From assembly GCA_034520505.1 (NCBI GenBank), contig JAXHNK010000003.1:22323-86322 (forward strand): a DNA stretch of 64,000 bases, given 5' to 3'. Both the position numbers and the translations under genes were made by a program. The stretch is from Anaerolineales bacterium (GTDB lineage: Bacteria; Chloroflexota; Anaerolineae; Anaerolineales; UBA11858). Shown piece after piece: positions 52,530-62,141 of the stretch. Positions within the stretch are counted from its first letter, which is position 1, and every line of letters begins with the position of its first letter. The notes beneath the pieces are model-generated. The model had not been told where the DNA came from. It searched no databases and saw only the letters and a program-made list of their open reading frames with translations.

Positions 52530-53867
52530 ATGCAAACCCCAAAAAGCATAAACTTCCTCGAATGGGGGGAACGAATAAAAAATTGGTGGGCTGCCCTTTG
52601 GGCACGCTACCAAGATGTCCCCCTGATTAGCTGGCTGGCAGCCCTCAGTGTTTCTGTGACCCTGGAGATATTGATCGGCGACCCCTTCTCCAGGATTATG
52701 GGACTGTCTAAACCACCTGCCCTGTTCGGTGTATCTCTGGTCCTCAACAAGCCAGCGTTATTTCCCGGAGCAATCTTTTATATGCTGCTCATCTATCTTA
52801 TCCCTACGGCTTTGGTAGCCTATTTCAGCAAAGGGATAGGGAACAAGATCGCAGGGGCATTGATGAAATCCCCGCTGATCATCACGGCGATCATCCATCT
52901 GGGTATGATCTATGGCGTCCTTCATCTCTGGACGGTAACCAGCGATTACCGCTTATTGATTGCCCGTTTAGTGATGATCGCGATCATCGTCACGCTGAGC
53001 TTGAACGTCGTCAACGGGTATATGGGAGAATTCTCTTGCTCCCATCCCGGATTTATGGCGTTGGGCGCTTACGGTGCCTCGGTATTTACCCTGGTATTTT
53101 TTGTCACCGAGAATCGGTTTGGTGAAGCGCTCATGCAGCCAGCACTTGGTCCCTTCTTATTTCCTGTCTCCCTAATCCTGGGGGGTCTGTTATCCTCGAT
53201 TGGAGCTCTCTTAGTGGCCATCCCTTCTTTCCGGACACGGGGGGATTATCTGGCGATCATCTCTCTGGCCTTCATGTTCATCGTCAAGAGCCTGTTTGAA
53301 AACCTGGAGGTCGTGGGAGGAGCCCGGGGCATCAGCAATCAACCCAACTACGCCAATTTGCCCACAGTTTTTGTGTGGACCATGCTTTCCATCTGGATCA
53401 TCAATAATTTTGTGAGTTCCACCATGGGCAAAGGGCTTAACGCTGTACGGGATGGCGAACTGGCAGCCAGCGCGATGACGGTGAATACCCAAAAGACCAA
53501 GATGATCGCCTTCTTATTTGCTGCCTTCTGGGCAGGGGTAGGCGGCGGGCTTTTCGCTCATGTCATCGGCTATATCAATCCGGGTACGTTTGATATTCGC
53601 AAGCTGGCAGAGGTGCTGGCTATGGTTTACTTTGGAGGATTGAACTCCGTCACCGGATCCGTTGTTGGTGCCGTGGGTTTCAGCCTGATTAATGAATCCT
53701 TGCGCCCCCTGGGCATTTACAAATGGATTATCATCCCGGTGATGTTAATTCTGATCATGATCTACCGTCCAACAGGGCTGATTGCTTTCCGCGAATTTAA
53801 TATCGAAGCTTTATTCCAGCCCAAGGACACACAAAAAGAAGGAGGGATCGACCATGCCGCTGCTTGA
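52530..53867 (+). CDS. livM: branched-chain amino acid ABC transporter permease (LivM-like) with N-terminal extension
   Basis: 445 aa. LSLNVVNGYMGEFSCSHPGFMALGAY matches the LivM core. Confidence 0.85.
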   Translation: MQTPKSINFLEWGERIKNWWAALWARYQDVPLISWLAALSVSVTLEILIGDPFSRIMGLSKPPALFGVSLVLNKPALFPGAIFYMLLIYLIPTALVAYFSKGIGNKIAGALMKSPLIITAIIHLGMIYGVLHLWTVTSDYRLLIARLVMIAIIVTLSLNVVNGYMGEFSCSHPGFMALGAYGASVFTLVFFVTENRFGEALMQPALGPFLFPVSLILGGLLSSIGALLVAIPSFRTRGDYLAIISLAFMFIVKSLFENLEVVGGARGISNQPNYANLPTVFVWTMLSIWIINNFVSSTMGKGLNAVRDGELAASAMTVNTQKTKMIAFLFAAFWAGVGGGLFAHVIGYINPGTFDIRKLAEVLAMVYFGGLNSVTGSVVGAVGFSLINESLRPLGIYKWIIIPVMLILIMIYRPTGLIAFREFNIEALFQPKDTQKEGGIDHAAA

Positions 53868-54624
53868 AGTTTCTCAGATGACACATTTTTTCGGGGGTTT
53901 GCGAGCGGTATATAATTACAACCTGGCTATCGAGCAGGGGCAAATACATGGTTTGATTGGGCCCAACGGTGCGGGGAAGACGACGGTTTTTAACCTGATC
54001 ACAGGGATCTATACACCCACAGAGGGGGATATTTTCCTTGATGGAAATTCCATTAAGGGCTTGGAGACAAACCGTATTGCCTCCCAAGGTTTGGGGCGGA
54101 CTTTCCAAAATTTGCGCTTATGGCGGCATATGACCGTCATCGAGCATGTCAAGTTAGCCCGGTATTCAAAATTGAAATACGGATTAGCCGGGGCATTTTT
54201 CAATACACCTAAGCGGGTCAGGGACGAGCAGGATACTGCTGCAATAGCCATGGAACTCCTGGAACTTATGGAGCTCGCAGAACAAGCGAACCAGCTGGTA
54301 ACCAACCTCCCTTACGGTGCTCAACGGCGCGTGGAGTTAGCCAGAGCTTTGGCAACCGAACCCAAAGTCCTGTTTTTGGACGAACCGACGGCAGGGATGA
54401 ATCCAGAAGAATTGAACGGGATGATGAAAATTATCCGGGAAGTGCACAGCGAACTTGGTTTGGCTATCTTCTTAATTGAACACCGCATGAAAGTCGTCAT
54501 GGACCTGTGTGAATATATCCAAACCCTTGATTTTGGCGAAGTCATTGCCGAAGGCACGCCGGAGGAGATCCGCAGCGATCCCAAGGTCATCGACGCCTAT
54601 CTCGGTAAGGAGGTTTCGGTCTGA
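53854..54624 (+). CDS. livG: branched-chain amino acid ABC transporter ATP-binding protein (LivG-like)
   Basis: Start set to the ATG after GAAGGAGGG. GPNGAGKTT and RTFQN motifs with the LivG-type insertion. Confidence 0.9.
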   Translation: MPLLEVSQMTHFFGGLRAVYNYNLAIEQGQIHGLIGPNGAGKTTVFNLITGIYTPTEGDIFLDGNSIKGLETNRIASQGLGRTFQNLRLWRHMTVIEHVKLARYSKLKYGLAGAFFNTPKRVRDEQDTAAIAMELLELMELAEQANQLVTNLPYGAQRRVELARALATEPKVLFLDEPTAGMNPEELNGMMKIIREVHSELGLAIFLIEHRMKVVMDLCEYIQTLDFGEVIAEGTPEEIRSDPKVIDAYLGKEVSV

Positions 54625-55337
54625 TGTTACTCACTGTGGAAAATTTATCTGTCTCCTACGGCAACATCCGCGCCCTGCATGGTATCAGCTTTGAGGTAGA
54701 TGAGGGAGAGATTGTTTGCATCATTGGGGCCAACGGTGCCGGCAAAAGCACCACATTACGGGCAATTTCCCGCCTGATCCCGCCCCACGACGGCTCACAA
54801 ATGGTCTATGATGGACAGGATCTCCTGCAGTTTACCCCTGATAAAGTTGTCACGGAATTGGGGATTTCCCATGTGCCTGAGGGACGGCGGTTGTTCGGAA
54901 ACCTCACTGTCCAAGAAAACCTGACTCTGGCTGCATTCGCACGGACCGATGATCGGGCAGTGAAACGGGATTATGAACGTATATTTTCCATTTTTCCTCG
55001 CCTCAAAGAACGCATGCACCAGAAATCAGGCACATTGAGTGGGGGCGAACAGCAAATGCTTGCCGTCGGCCGGGCATTGGTTAGCGCGCGCAGGGTCATG
55101 CTCTTGGATGAGCCATCCATGGGGTTGGCCCCGCTGTTGATGGCGGATGTATTTGAGGCTTTGCAGGAGATCAATGACGAAGGGACGACCATCCTCCTGG
55201 TCGAGCAAAATGCTCGATTGGCCCTGCAATTTGCCCAAAGAGGATATGTGCTGGAAAGCGGTAACCTGGTTCTTGAAGGGGACTCCCAGGAACTGTTAAA
55301 TGATCCGGAAGTAAAAAAAGCATACTTGGGAGGGTAG
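54624..55337 (+). CDS. livF: branched-chain amino acid ABC transporter ATP-binding protein (LivF-like)
   Basis: GANGAGKST, LSGGEQQML and LLDEPSMGLAP. Confidence 0.9.
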   Translation: MLLTVENLSVSYGNIRALHGISFEVDEGEIVCIIGANGAGKSTTLRAISRLIPPHDGSQMVYDGQDLLQFTPDKVVTELGISHVPEGRRLFGNLTVQENLTLAAFARTDDRAVKRDYERIFSIFPRLKERMHQKSGTLSGGEQQMLAVGRALVSARRVMLLDEPSMGLAPLLMADVFEALQEINDEGTTILLVEQNARLALQFAQRGYVLESGNLVLEGDSQELLNDPEVKKAYLGG

Positions 55338-55405
55338 AACTAAGGGGAGTGAAAAACCTGAGGATCCCGCGGTTTGATGCCCGGTGGACCGTTTCTTCTT
55401 ACCTT

Positions 55406-55439
55406 CAAACGAAGTCTTCCCAGGGGAAGACTTCGTTTG
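55406..55439 (+). terminator. perfect 15-bp hairpin after livF (terminator-like, no U-tract)
   Basis: CAAACGAAGTCTTCC-cagg-GGAAGACTTCGTTTG. Confidence 0.4.
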
Positions 55440-55557
55440 GCGGCTGCCCAGATATCGCGTAGCACTCGGCTGGCGTCTTTTTGACTTGTTTGGAAGTTTC
55501 CTTTTTTCATCCCAGACGTTGATTAAAGTAGAGTTACAGCCATGGGAGAATTAAATA

Positions 55558-57000
55558 ATGAACTCGTGTAGAGAACCCGTTCGCGTTAATCAAAATATCC
55601 TTGACATGGAATACGCAGTCAGGGGACCCATAGCCCGGCGAGCTGCAGAATTAGCGAAACAAGGTCATGAGATCATCCCCTGTCATATCGGGAACCCCCA
55701 GGCCCTGGGGCAAACGCCGATCACTTACCTGCGCCAGGTTTTGAGCCTGGTTGAGGATCCGTCAAAGATTGAACGAGAGCGGAAGATTAAGTCCTTGTTT
55801 GAAGAAACCCCCTTCAGCAATTTACGGGAGGATGATTTCATTGCAGAAGACATCCTCGATCTGAGCGAGGAAATTCTCGCCAAAAGTCAGCATGGGATGG
55901 GGGCATACACTGAAAGCAAAGGGTTTCAATTTATAAGAGAAGCTGTGGCAGAATTTATCAACCAGCGTGATGGCTTTGAGCCATCCAGCGGACTCGGCGC
56001 TGATCCCGAAAAGATATTTCTGACCAGCGGGGCCAGCCAAGGCGTTAAGTTCGTGGTCGACATCTTGATTGCGGATGAAAACGATGGAATCATGATCCCC
56101 GTTCCCCAGTACCCGCTCTATTCTGCATCGATCAAAAAAGTAGGTGGGGTGCAGGTAAATTATTATCCAGATGAAAAACAAGGGTGGACCTTTGATCGAT
56201 CCATTTTAGAGGATGCATTCATGAAAGCTCAAGCAGACGGGGTGAACGTGAAGGGGATCGTGGTCATCAATCCCGGAAATCCCACCGGCGCTGTTTTAGA
56301 CGAACACAGCATGAGAGATGTGATCCAATTCGCTTCAGAACATCACCTGATGATTATCGCTGACGAGGTCTACCAAGAAAATGTATATCAGGGCACTTTC
56401 CATTCCTTTGCTAAAGTATTGGGAACCGATCCAGTCCCCCTTGTCAGCCTGCACAGCGTATCCAAAGGTTTTTTGGGAGAATGCGGCCATCGAGGGGGAT
56501 ATCTAGAACTGCGGAATCCACCTGAGATTATTGGCTCCACGTTAGATTTTACGGAACTGCTCCACAAACAAGCTTCCGTCAGTTTATGTTCCAACACGCC
56601 CGGACAATTATTGACCTATCTGATGATAAGACCTCCCGCAGATAACAGTCAAACGCACCAAAAGTATATGGAGGAAAAGAAAAAGATATTAAACGACCTT
56701 CATGAGAAAGCGGTTATGATCAGGAAAGCGTTTCAGGAAATGGAAGGCGTGGAATGTTACGGGGAGACAGGAGCTTTGTATTTATTCCCGCGATTGAACG
56801 TTCTCCCTGAAGGGACGACGGATTACGATTATTGCCTGACCCTTCTCGAGGAAACTGGATTGTCCACGGTCAATGGTTCCGGTTTTGGGCAGAAAGAAGG
56901 TACAAACCATCTCAGGATCGCTTTTTTACCTCCCAAGGAATTATTAGAGCAGGTATTGCCCAAATGGATCAAGTTCCATAATCAATATGTAAGGAAATAA
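55558..57000 (+). CDS. PLP-dependent aminotransferase, alanine aminotransferase (ALT/GPT-type) subfamily
   Basis: 480 aa. The PLP-Lys block SLHSVSKGFLGECGHRGGY is characteristic of ALT-type class I aminotransferases. Confidence 0.8.
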   Translation: MNSCREPVRVNQNILDMEYAVRGPIARRAAELAKQGHEIIPCHIGNPQALGQTPITYLRQVLSLVEDPSKIERERKIKSLFEETPFSNLREDDFIAEDILDLSEEILAKSQHGMGAYTESKGFQFIREAVAEFINQRDGFEPSSGLGADPEKIFLTSGASQGVKFVVDILIADENDGIMIPVPQYPLYSASIKKVGGVQVNYYPDEKQGWTFDRSILEDAFMKAQADGVNVKGIVVINPGNPTGAVLDEHSMRDVIQFASEHHLMIIADEVYQENVYQGTFHSFAKVLGTDPVPLVSLHSVSKGFLGECGHRGGYLELRNPPEIIGSTLDFTELLHKQASVSLCSNTPGQLLTYLMIRPPADNSQTHQKYMEEKKKILNDLHEKAVMIRKAFQEMEGVECYGETGALYLFPRLNVLPEGTTDYDYCLTLLEETGLSTVNGSGFGQKEGTNHLRIAFLPPKELLEQVLPKWIKFHNQYVRK

Positions 57001-57275
57001 CTAAGAATAACGAAAAACCTATTAATGTGCTCCAGCCGGTCCTGACAGCCCTGCAGGGCATCCCTCAGCTTCTTGACAGCCAGAAACTGATCCCTGACCC
57101 GGATCAATTTCTGCGCAGTGATAGGGGGATAAAGAATCCCGCCCGAAAAGGTTTCTCCTTCTTTTACCCGGGTGACCGAGTGATCTGCCAATTCTGCTGC
57201 CTCCCTGACCAATCCGATTAATTCAGAATCTTCTGACGCGATCAGGGTCTTTAACGCTGGACCCATTTCATTCAC
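56982..57275 (-). CDS. hypothetical 97-aa protein (weak call)
   Basis: An SD-like GAGG lies 4 nt before the ATG. The ORF converges on and overlaps the aminotransferase 3' end by 19 nt. No family recognised. Confidence 0.3.
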   Translation of the reverse strand: MNEMGPALKTLIASEDSELIGLVREAAELADHSVTRVKEGETFSGGILYPPITAQKLIRVRDQFLAVKKLRDALQGCQDRLEHINRFFVILSYFLTY

Positions 57276-57454
57276 CTCGTAGACCTCCTATCTCCCGGAA
57301 AGGAATCTTTCCGGACGTAAATTTTGATTACAAATGAGGTGAAGGTCTTTTTTTCCGGGAAAACTAACAGGAAAGAAAACGCCGGGGGAAAAGAAATTTC
57401 TTTCCCTGGCGTAAAGATGAACACCAAAAAGAGCTCAGAATCTATTTCTGATTT

Positions 57455-58240
57455 TCAGGCCAAAATCCCTGACCGCTCCAAATAGATCAATCCTACCTGA
57501 AAAACGAGGAAGACAGCGACCAGCACCAAGCTCACCGGCCGGTACTTCACCGGCTTGATATACGTACGTTGCCGAGAAGCACCAAATCCGCGGCATTCCA
57601 GGGCTATTGCCGCCATTTCCGCTTTTCTCAAACCATTAACCAGGACCGTAAACATATACCTCTGCCAGAGTTTAAACCGATGAATCAATCCGGATTGAGC
57701 CGCCCGCCCGCGGATGGTGTGGGCTGATCTGACCGCCTCTACCTCCCGCTGGATCAGGGGGAGAAAACGAAGGGCCAAAAAAACAGCAAAAGCATACCGA
57801 TAGGGAACTCCGGCATTGGCCAGAGAAACCATTAAATCCCGGGTATCCGTGGTCCAGATCAGGACAAAACTGGCCAGGACCACTACAGAGAGGCGGAAAA
57901 AGAAAATGGGGCCTTCTTGAAGTCCACCGTCCGTGATGGTCAGGGGTCCAAGCCGGTAAACGGGTTGACCCGGATCAGCAAAGAAATGAAAAACCATCAG
58001 GATCAGTCCCAGGCCGAAGATCAACTTGGAGCTGCCCAGAAATGTAGCCAGCGGCACCCGCGAAACAACCAGGGCCATAAATAAGATCACCCCGAACATG
58101 ATGGCCCCTGTATAGGGCGTCCGGTAAAAAAACAAGCCTGCAGCGACCACAAAAACCCAGGCCAATTTCGTCAGCGGATAAATGCGGTGCATCAGGGAAT
58201 CTTTGGCTATGTAATTCAATCCATGTTCTTGTTCACTCAT
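57455..58240 (-). CDS. ECF transporter T component (EcfT/CbiQ family)
   Basis: 261 aa, 5-6 TM helices, Arg-rich coupling region (REVEAVRSAHTIRG). Last gene of the S-A-A'-T set. Confidence 0.8.
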   Translation of the reverse strand: MSEQEHGLNYIAKDSLMHRIYPLTKLAWVFVVAAGLFFYRTPYTGAIMFGVILFMALVVSRVPLATFLGSSKLIFGLGLILMVFHFFADPGQPVYRLGPLTITDGGLQEGPIFFFRLSVVVLASFVLIWTTDTRDLMVSLANAGVPYRYAFAVFLALRFLPLIQREVEAVRSAHTIRGRAAQSGLIHRFKLWQRYMFTVLVNGLRKAEMAAIALECRGFGASRQRTYIKPVKYRPVSLVLVAVFLVFQVGLIYLERSGILA

Positions 58241-58243
58241 AAT

Positions 58244-59275
58244 TTACTCACCTGATAATCGTAATTTCAGTAATCGTTCTAAATCCGCCGTTTTTCTGAC
58301 CCTGGTCTCCACCGGCGCCCCGTGGAATTCCATCTCCCGCAGCAGCTTGTGCAGGATCGTCCGGCGCAGATTTGCCTGGTGGAGAATCTTATCCCGGGTG
58401 AACAACCCTTCAGATAAGCCGTCAAAGAGCAGTTGTCCCCCACTCATCACCAGCACCCGCTCACCATATTCCTGAACCAACCGCATATCATGGGTGATCA
58501 TAACCACAGAAACTCCCTGATCCCGGATCTCTTCCATCAAGGACATCAGGGTAAACGTCATCTCCTTGTCCTGCCCGTAGGTAGGTTCATCAACCAGAAG
58601 AATCTGGGGATCACCAACCAGCATGGTAGCTACTCCCAACCTCCGTTTCAACCCCGCGCTGAGGGCGAACGGATGGGTATCTTTCTGTTCGAGCAGCCCC
58701 AGCTTGCCCAGCCATGTATCCGTTCTTCCCTCAATCTCCCGGGGATCAGACACACCCTGGGCCATCAAACTGTAACCTATCTCATCAGCGACACTGTCCG
58801 TCAAAAATTGGTGTTCCGGATTTTGAAACACTAGGGCGATTTGATTAGCCAGGGTCTGCACATCCCACCGGGAAGCCTCCTTCCCAAACAGGTTCAACCG
58901 GCCTCCAGTAGGCTTTTTCAGGCCGACGAGCAAATTAGCCAGGGTGCTCTTCCCGGCTCCGTTCCGCCCCAGGATCATCAACCATTCTCCCTGGTGGATA
59001 TCGAACGTGATCCCCCGCAAAGCTTCTACCCCGCCGGGATATTCAAACCTGAGGTTTTTTCCGGAAATAAGCACCTGTGGTGAACGATCTCCTCGGGGCT
59101 CTGCTTCTTTTTCGCTCACAGAATAACCCTTCTGGAGCAAGCCCTTCTCCTGGAAAAGATCGATCGTTTCTGACACCGTGATGGGAATTGGGTGTTTCTC
59201 TATTCCAGCTGCCTGCTGCAAACCCACACCGATCTCACTGGTTTCCGGCAGCCAGACACCCAGGGTGTCAATCAT
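58244..59275 (-). CDS. ECF transporter ATPase (EcfA') with ~70-aa N-terminal extension
   Basis: GRNGAGKST, LSAGLKRRL and LLVDEPT. Confidence 0.85.
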   Translation of the reverse strand: MIDTLGVWLPETSEIGVGLQQAAGIEKHPIPITVSETIDLFQEKGLLQKGYSVSEKEAEPRGDRSPQVLISGKNLRFEYPGGVEALRGITFDIHQGEWLMILGRNGAGKSTLANLLVGLKKPTGGRLNLFGKEASRWDVQTLANQIALVFQNPEHQFLTDSVADEIGYSLMAQGVSDPREIEGRTDTWLGKLGLLEQKDTHPFALSAGLKRRLGVATMLVGDPQILLVDEPTYGQDKEMTFTLMSLMEEIRDQGVSVVMITHDMRLVQEYGERVLVMSGGQLLFDGLSEGLFTRDKILHQANLRRTILHKLLREMEFHGAPVETRVRKTADLERLLKLRLSGE

Positions 59276-60009
59276 ATACCTGCCATCTCGGCGTAAAACT
59301 TCCCGGGGGAATCCGCTCCGTGAATGCTCCCTTGCTCCAGGACAATCAATTGATCAGCCTCAGCCAGAAATTCATCCAGCTCTCTGGTAACCAGCAAAAC
59401 AGTGATCCCCTCTTTGCGCAGGGTGAGCAGCAAATCGTGTACGTTTTCCGTCGCTCCCGGGTCCAGGTTGGATGTAGGTTCATCAAGGACAATCATCTCC
59501 GGCCTCATTGCCAGGACGGAAGCCAGCCCTAATTTCTGGACCTGTCCTCCGGAAAGGTTCCAGACCAGGTTGTTTCTGCGGTCCACCAGATCGGTCATTT
59601 CCAATAACTCTTCCACGGTGGATTTAATGCTTTCCACCTCCAGACACAGATTCTCCGGGCCAAAGGCGATCTCATCATCCACATAAAGCATGGCAAACAT
59701 GGTTTCAGGATCTTGAAACACCCTGCCCACCTGTTGGGAAAGGTTTTTGACCTCTAATTCCCGGGTATTCTTCCCCTGAACAAAGACATCCCCGTGCAGT
59801 TCGCCACCGAGCAGGTGGGGGATAACTCCGTTTAATAAACCACACAGAGTGGACTTTCCCGAACCGCTGGGCCCTACCAGCACATTAAGGGTTCCGGGTT
59901 GAATCTTCAAAGATACATCATGCAAGGTAGGCTGATCTTGATTCCAATGCGTATACGTGACGTTTTTTATTTCTGCGATGGGTTCGTTTGCTGCGTTGAT
60001 TTGATTCAT
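59272..60009 (-). CDS. ECF transporter ATPase (EcfA)
   Basis: GPSGSGKST, LSGGQVQKL and IVLDEPTS. Overlaps the next gene by 4 nt. Confidence 0.9.
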   Translation of the reverse strand: MNQINAANEPIAEIKNVTYTHWNQDQPTLHDVSLKIQPGTLNVLVGPSGSGKSTLCGLLNGVIPHLLGGELHGDVFVQGKNTRELEVKNLSQQVGRVFQDPETMFAMLYVDDEIAFGPENLCLEVESIKSTVEELLEMTDLVDRRNNLVWNLSGGQVQKLGLASVLAMRPEMIVLDEPTSNLDPGATENVHDLLLTLRKEGITVLLVTRELDEFLAEADQLIVLEQGSIHGADSPGKFYAEMAGI

Positions 60010-60077
60010 AAATTTATGAGCGTGGGATACAGAAACTGTACCCCACGCGTTTAATCCTTAGATTTTCGATCGTCAGG

Positions 60078-60719
60078 CTAAGCTGCTGACCGGACCAAGC
60101 CCGTACGGGCAATCGCCTGGGCCAAAAGATAACCTACCAATCCGCTGAGAATGATCCCGGAAAGCAAATTTATGGGAACGGCCATCCAGACATCGCTGGC
60201 ATAAGCAGGATCCCAGCCGAAGAAAATGGCTGTCCACACCGTGCCGAACTGAGAGGATGCAGCTCCAGCACAGAGCGCTGCCACCAGATCAAACTTGGCA
60301 TACATGGCGATCGCCATCACAACTTCGATGGCCAACCCCTGGCTGATTCCCCAGCCCAGGGTACCTACGCCGGAAGCATTGCCCAGCAGGATTTCCACCG
60401 CTGCTTCAATAATTCCTAGGGCCAGGGCCGCACCGGGTTTCCGGATCAGCCAAACAACCAGGACATAAGCCCACATGAAAGCACCCTGCAGAAGAGCCCC
60501 ACCCAGGGGTCCCAGGGAAGAGTTCGCCAGGTACCACAAGTTACCCACACCGGTATTAACCACGCCGGCTATAGCAGCTACGACGGCCAGGATGACTATA
60601 TCACGCGTGGAATAATCAAAATCGAACCGGCTACCCTCAAAAGTCTTCTTTCCTACGGTGCGGGCGATCAGTCCCGCGACAATCACGATCACGATATTCA
60701 CGATGAAATAGAAAGACAT
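60078..60719 (-). CDS. ECF transporter S component, YkoE-like (by recollection)
   Basis: Start set to the ATG 5 nt after GGAGG. About 6 TM helices. The block IRKPGAALALGIIEAAVEILLGNASG closely resembles the B. subtilis YkoE block as I remember it (IRKPGAALVSEIIAALVECLLGNPSG). Confidence 0.7.
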   Translation of the reverse strand: MSFYFIVNIVIVIVAGLIARTVGKKTFEGSRFDFDYSTRDIVILAVVAAIAGVVNTGVGNLWYLANSSLGPLGGALLQGAFMWAYVLVVWLIRKPGAALALGIIEAAVEILLGNASGVGTLGWGISQGLAIEVVMAIAMYAKFDLVAALCAGAASSQFGTVWTAIFFGWDPAYASDVWMAVPINLLSGIILSGLVGYLLAQAIARTGLVRSAA

Positions 60720-60761
60720 ACTTACCTCCATATAAATCTAGAAGAACACAGTATTCTCCCC

Positions 60762-62141
60762 TTACTTCAAACGGGTCAAGCCCATCTCTATCAGTTCCTT
60801 TTTCACCTCCTTATATAACCTGAACCACTCTTTACGGGGTTTCAGGGTTTCGAGATCATACGCCTGATCAAATCTGACCCCGGGATTGCCCGCGGGGTCC
60901 TCAAAAACGTGCTCATACCGTTCCACAAGTTTGACCGTGATTTCATTGGCTTCTTCCAGGGATAAACCCTGCCTGGCCACTGCTCGCCCCACCTCTCCCA
61001 TCAAACGGCATTCCAGTCCGGTAGCATTGGGTTTCAGGCCATCCGCAGACCCTACACCCTCCAAATGGCCTCCGCTGGCCGTGATCACAATGGCATTGGC
61101 CGCTGTTTCATAAAGGAGTTCCCGGGTCATGGCGCCGCTCTTGGGGTAAATATCCGAGACAATGATACAGGGCGCGTTGCGGGCGAACGCCTGCTGGACG
61201 ATGCTCTCCACCCACATCACGCTCCGGGTTGAAGTCGCTACATGCCGCATATGAATTGGATGAAGCAGTTGATAATCGCTGTGATTGGTTAAGTTCCCGA
61301 TGATGAAAGAGGCGACATTAACCACGGCAGATCCGGGAGCATCCCCACCCAACCCACCCACCAGGACACAGTACAGCGCCGCGTTGTGCATACCGTATTC
61401 CAGCGAATTCACCGCCCGGGCGATGTTCCGGTTATCAATTTTCAACTCATTCAGCATGGGAACCAGATGGGCGTCCGAGGGCCGCAAATAATCAGGATGG
61501 GCTACGGCCAGATCGCCCAACTCAGACACACTGCTCTGGGCCGCCAGCATGCCCATCCCCGGACGGCCGACCCTCTTCAAGATCTGCCGCAGGTAAAGGA
61601 GCTCCCTCCTGGTAGCTACAATTTCTATGGGGGACCCCGTCCGCACCTCGCGCCCATCCACCTCAGCCAGGCTGCCGCAGGTGATCAAATCTACGATCGG
61701 CTCCTGGGCCCAGCTCATCACACTCGGCAAAAAAAGGTGTTCCGGATGGGGTGCGCCGGGATTTCCAGCCCAGATGAGGGGCGGCCGCTCATCGCCAATT
61801 TCCCGGGCGAAAAGCGTCCGGGCATCCTTCCCGGTTCCCAGGACCAATTCCCGGGGCATAAGCTCCATACCCGCTTCCAATTCCTGCCGGTCAAACTCCA
61901 GGATGCGCTCCGTCGAACGAGAATAGCCCCCAATCTCAACCGCCAACTCCAGACCGGCTTCAAAAATCACATCAGCCAGTCCGGGATCTGCAGTTACGAT
62001 CTGATCGGGATCCCACTCCAATTTATATTTCTCGACCAATTTCTGGGTGGTCATGGCCACTTTTTCCAGATCCCAATCATCCTCAGCGATATAGGGACCT
62101 TGGTTAGCACGATCCAAAACATCAAAATAATCAATAATCAC
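60762..62141 (-). CDS. MtmB-family (monomethylamine methyltransferase-like) protein lacking pyrrolysine
   Basis: 459 aa. Blocks DDWDL, LGTGKDA, GRPGMGM, LNELKID and RLMGEVGR are colinear with methanogen MtmB (recalled). A Leu codon sits where MtmB has UAG/Pyl. No in-frame TAG. Confidence 0.75.
   Translation of the reverse strand: MIIDYFDVLDRANQGPYIAEDDWDLEKVAMTTQKLVEKYKLEWDPDQIVTADPGLADVIFEAGLELAVEIGGYSRSTERILEFDRQELEAGMELMPRELVLGTGKDARTLFAREIGDERPPLIWAGNPGAPHPEHLFLPSVMSWAQEPIVDLITCGSLAEVDGREVRTGSPIEIVATRRELLYLRQILKRVGRPGMGMLAAQSSVSELGDLAVAHPDYLRPSDAHLVPMLNELKIDNRNIARAVNSLEYGMHNAALYCVLVGGLGGDAPGSAVVNVASFIIGNLTNHSDYQLLHPIHMRHVATSTRSVMWVESIVQQAFARNAPCIIVSDIYPKSGAMTRELLYETAANAIVITASGGHLEGVGSADGLKPNATGLECRLMGEVGRAVARQGLSLEEANEITVKLVERYEHVFEDPAGNPGVRFDQAYDLETLKPRKEWFRLYKEVKKELIEMGLTRLK

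Noticed and set aside
60762-62141. In-frame amber (Pyl) codon or split ORF in the MtmB-like gene
   Set aside because: The ORF is continuous for 459 codons, with Leu at the expected position. No pylTSBCD-like genes are seen in the window.
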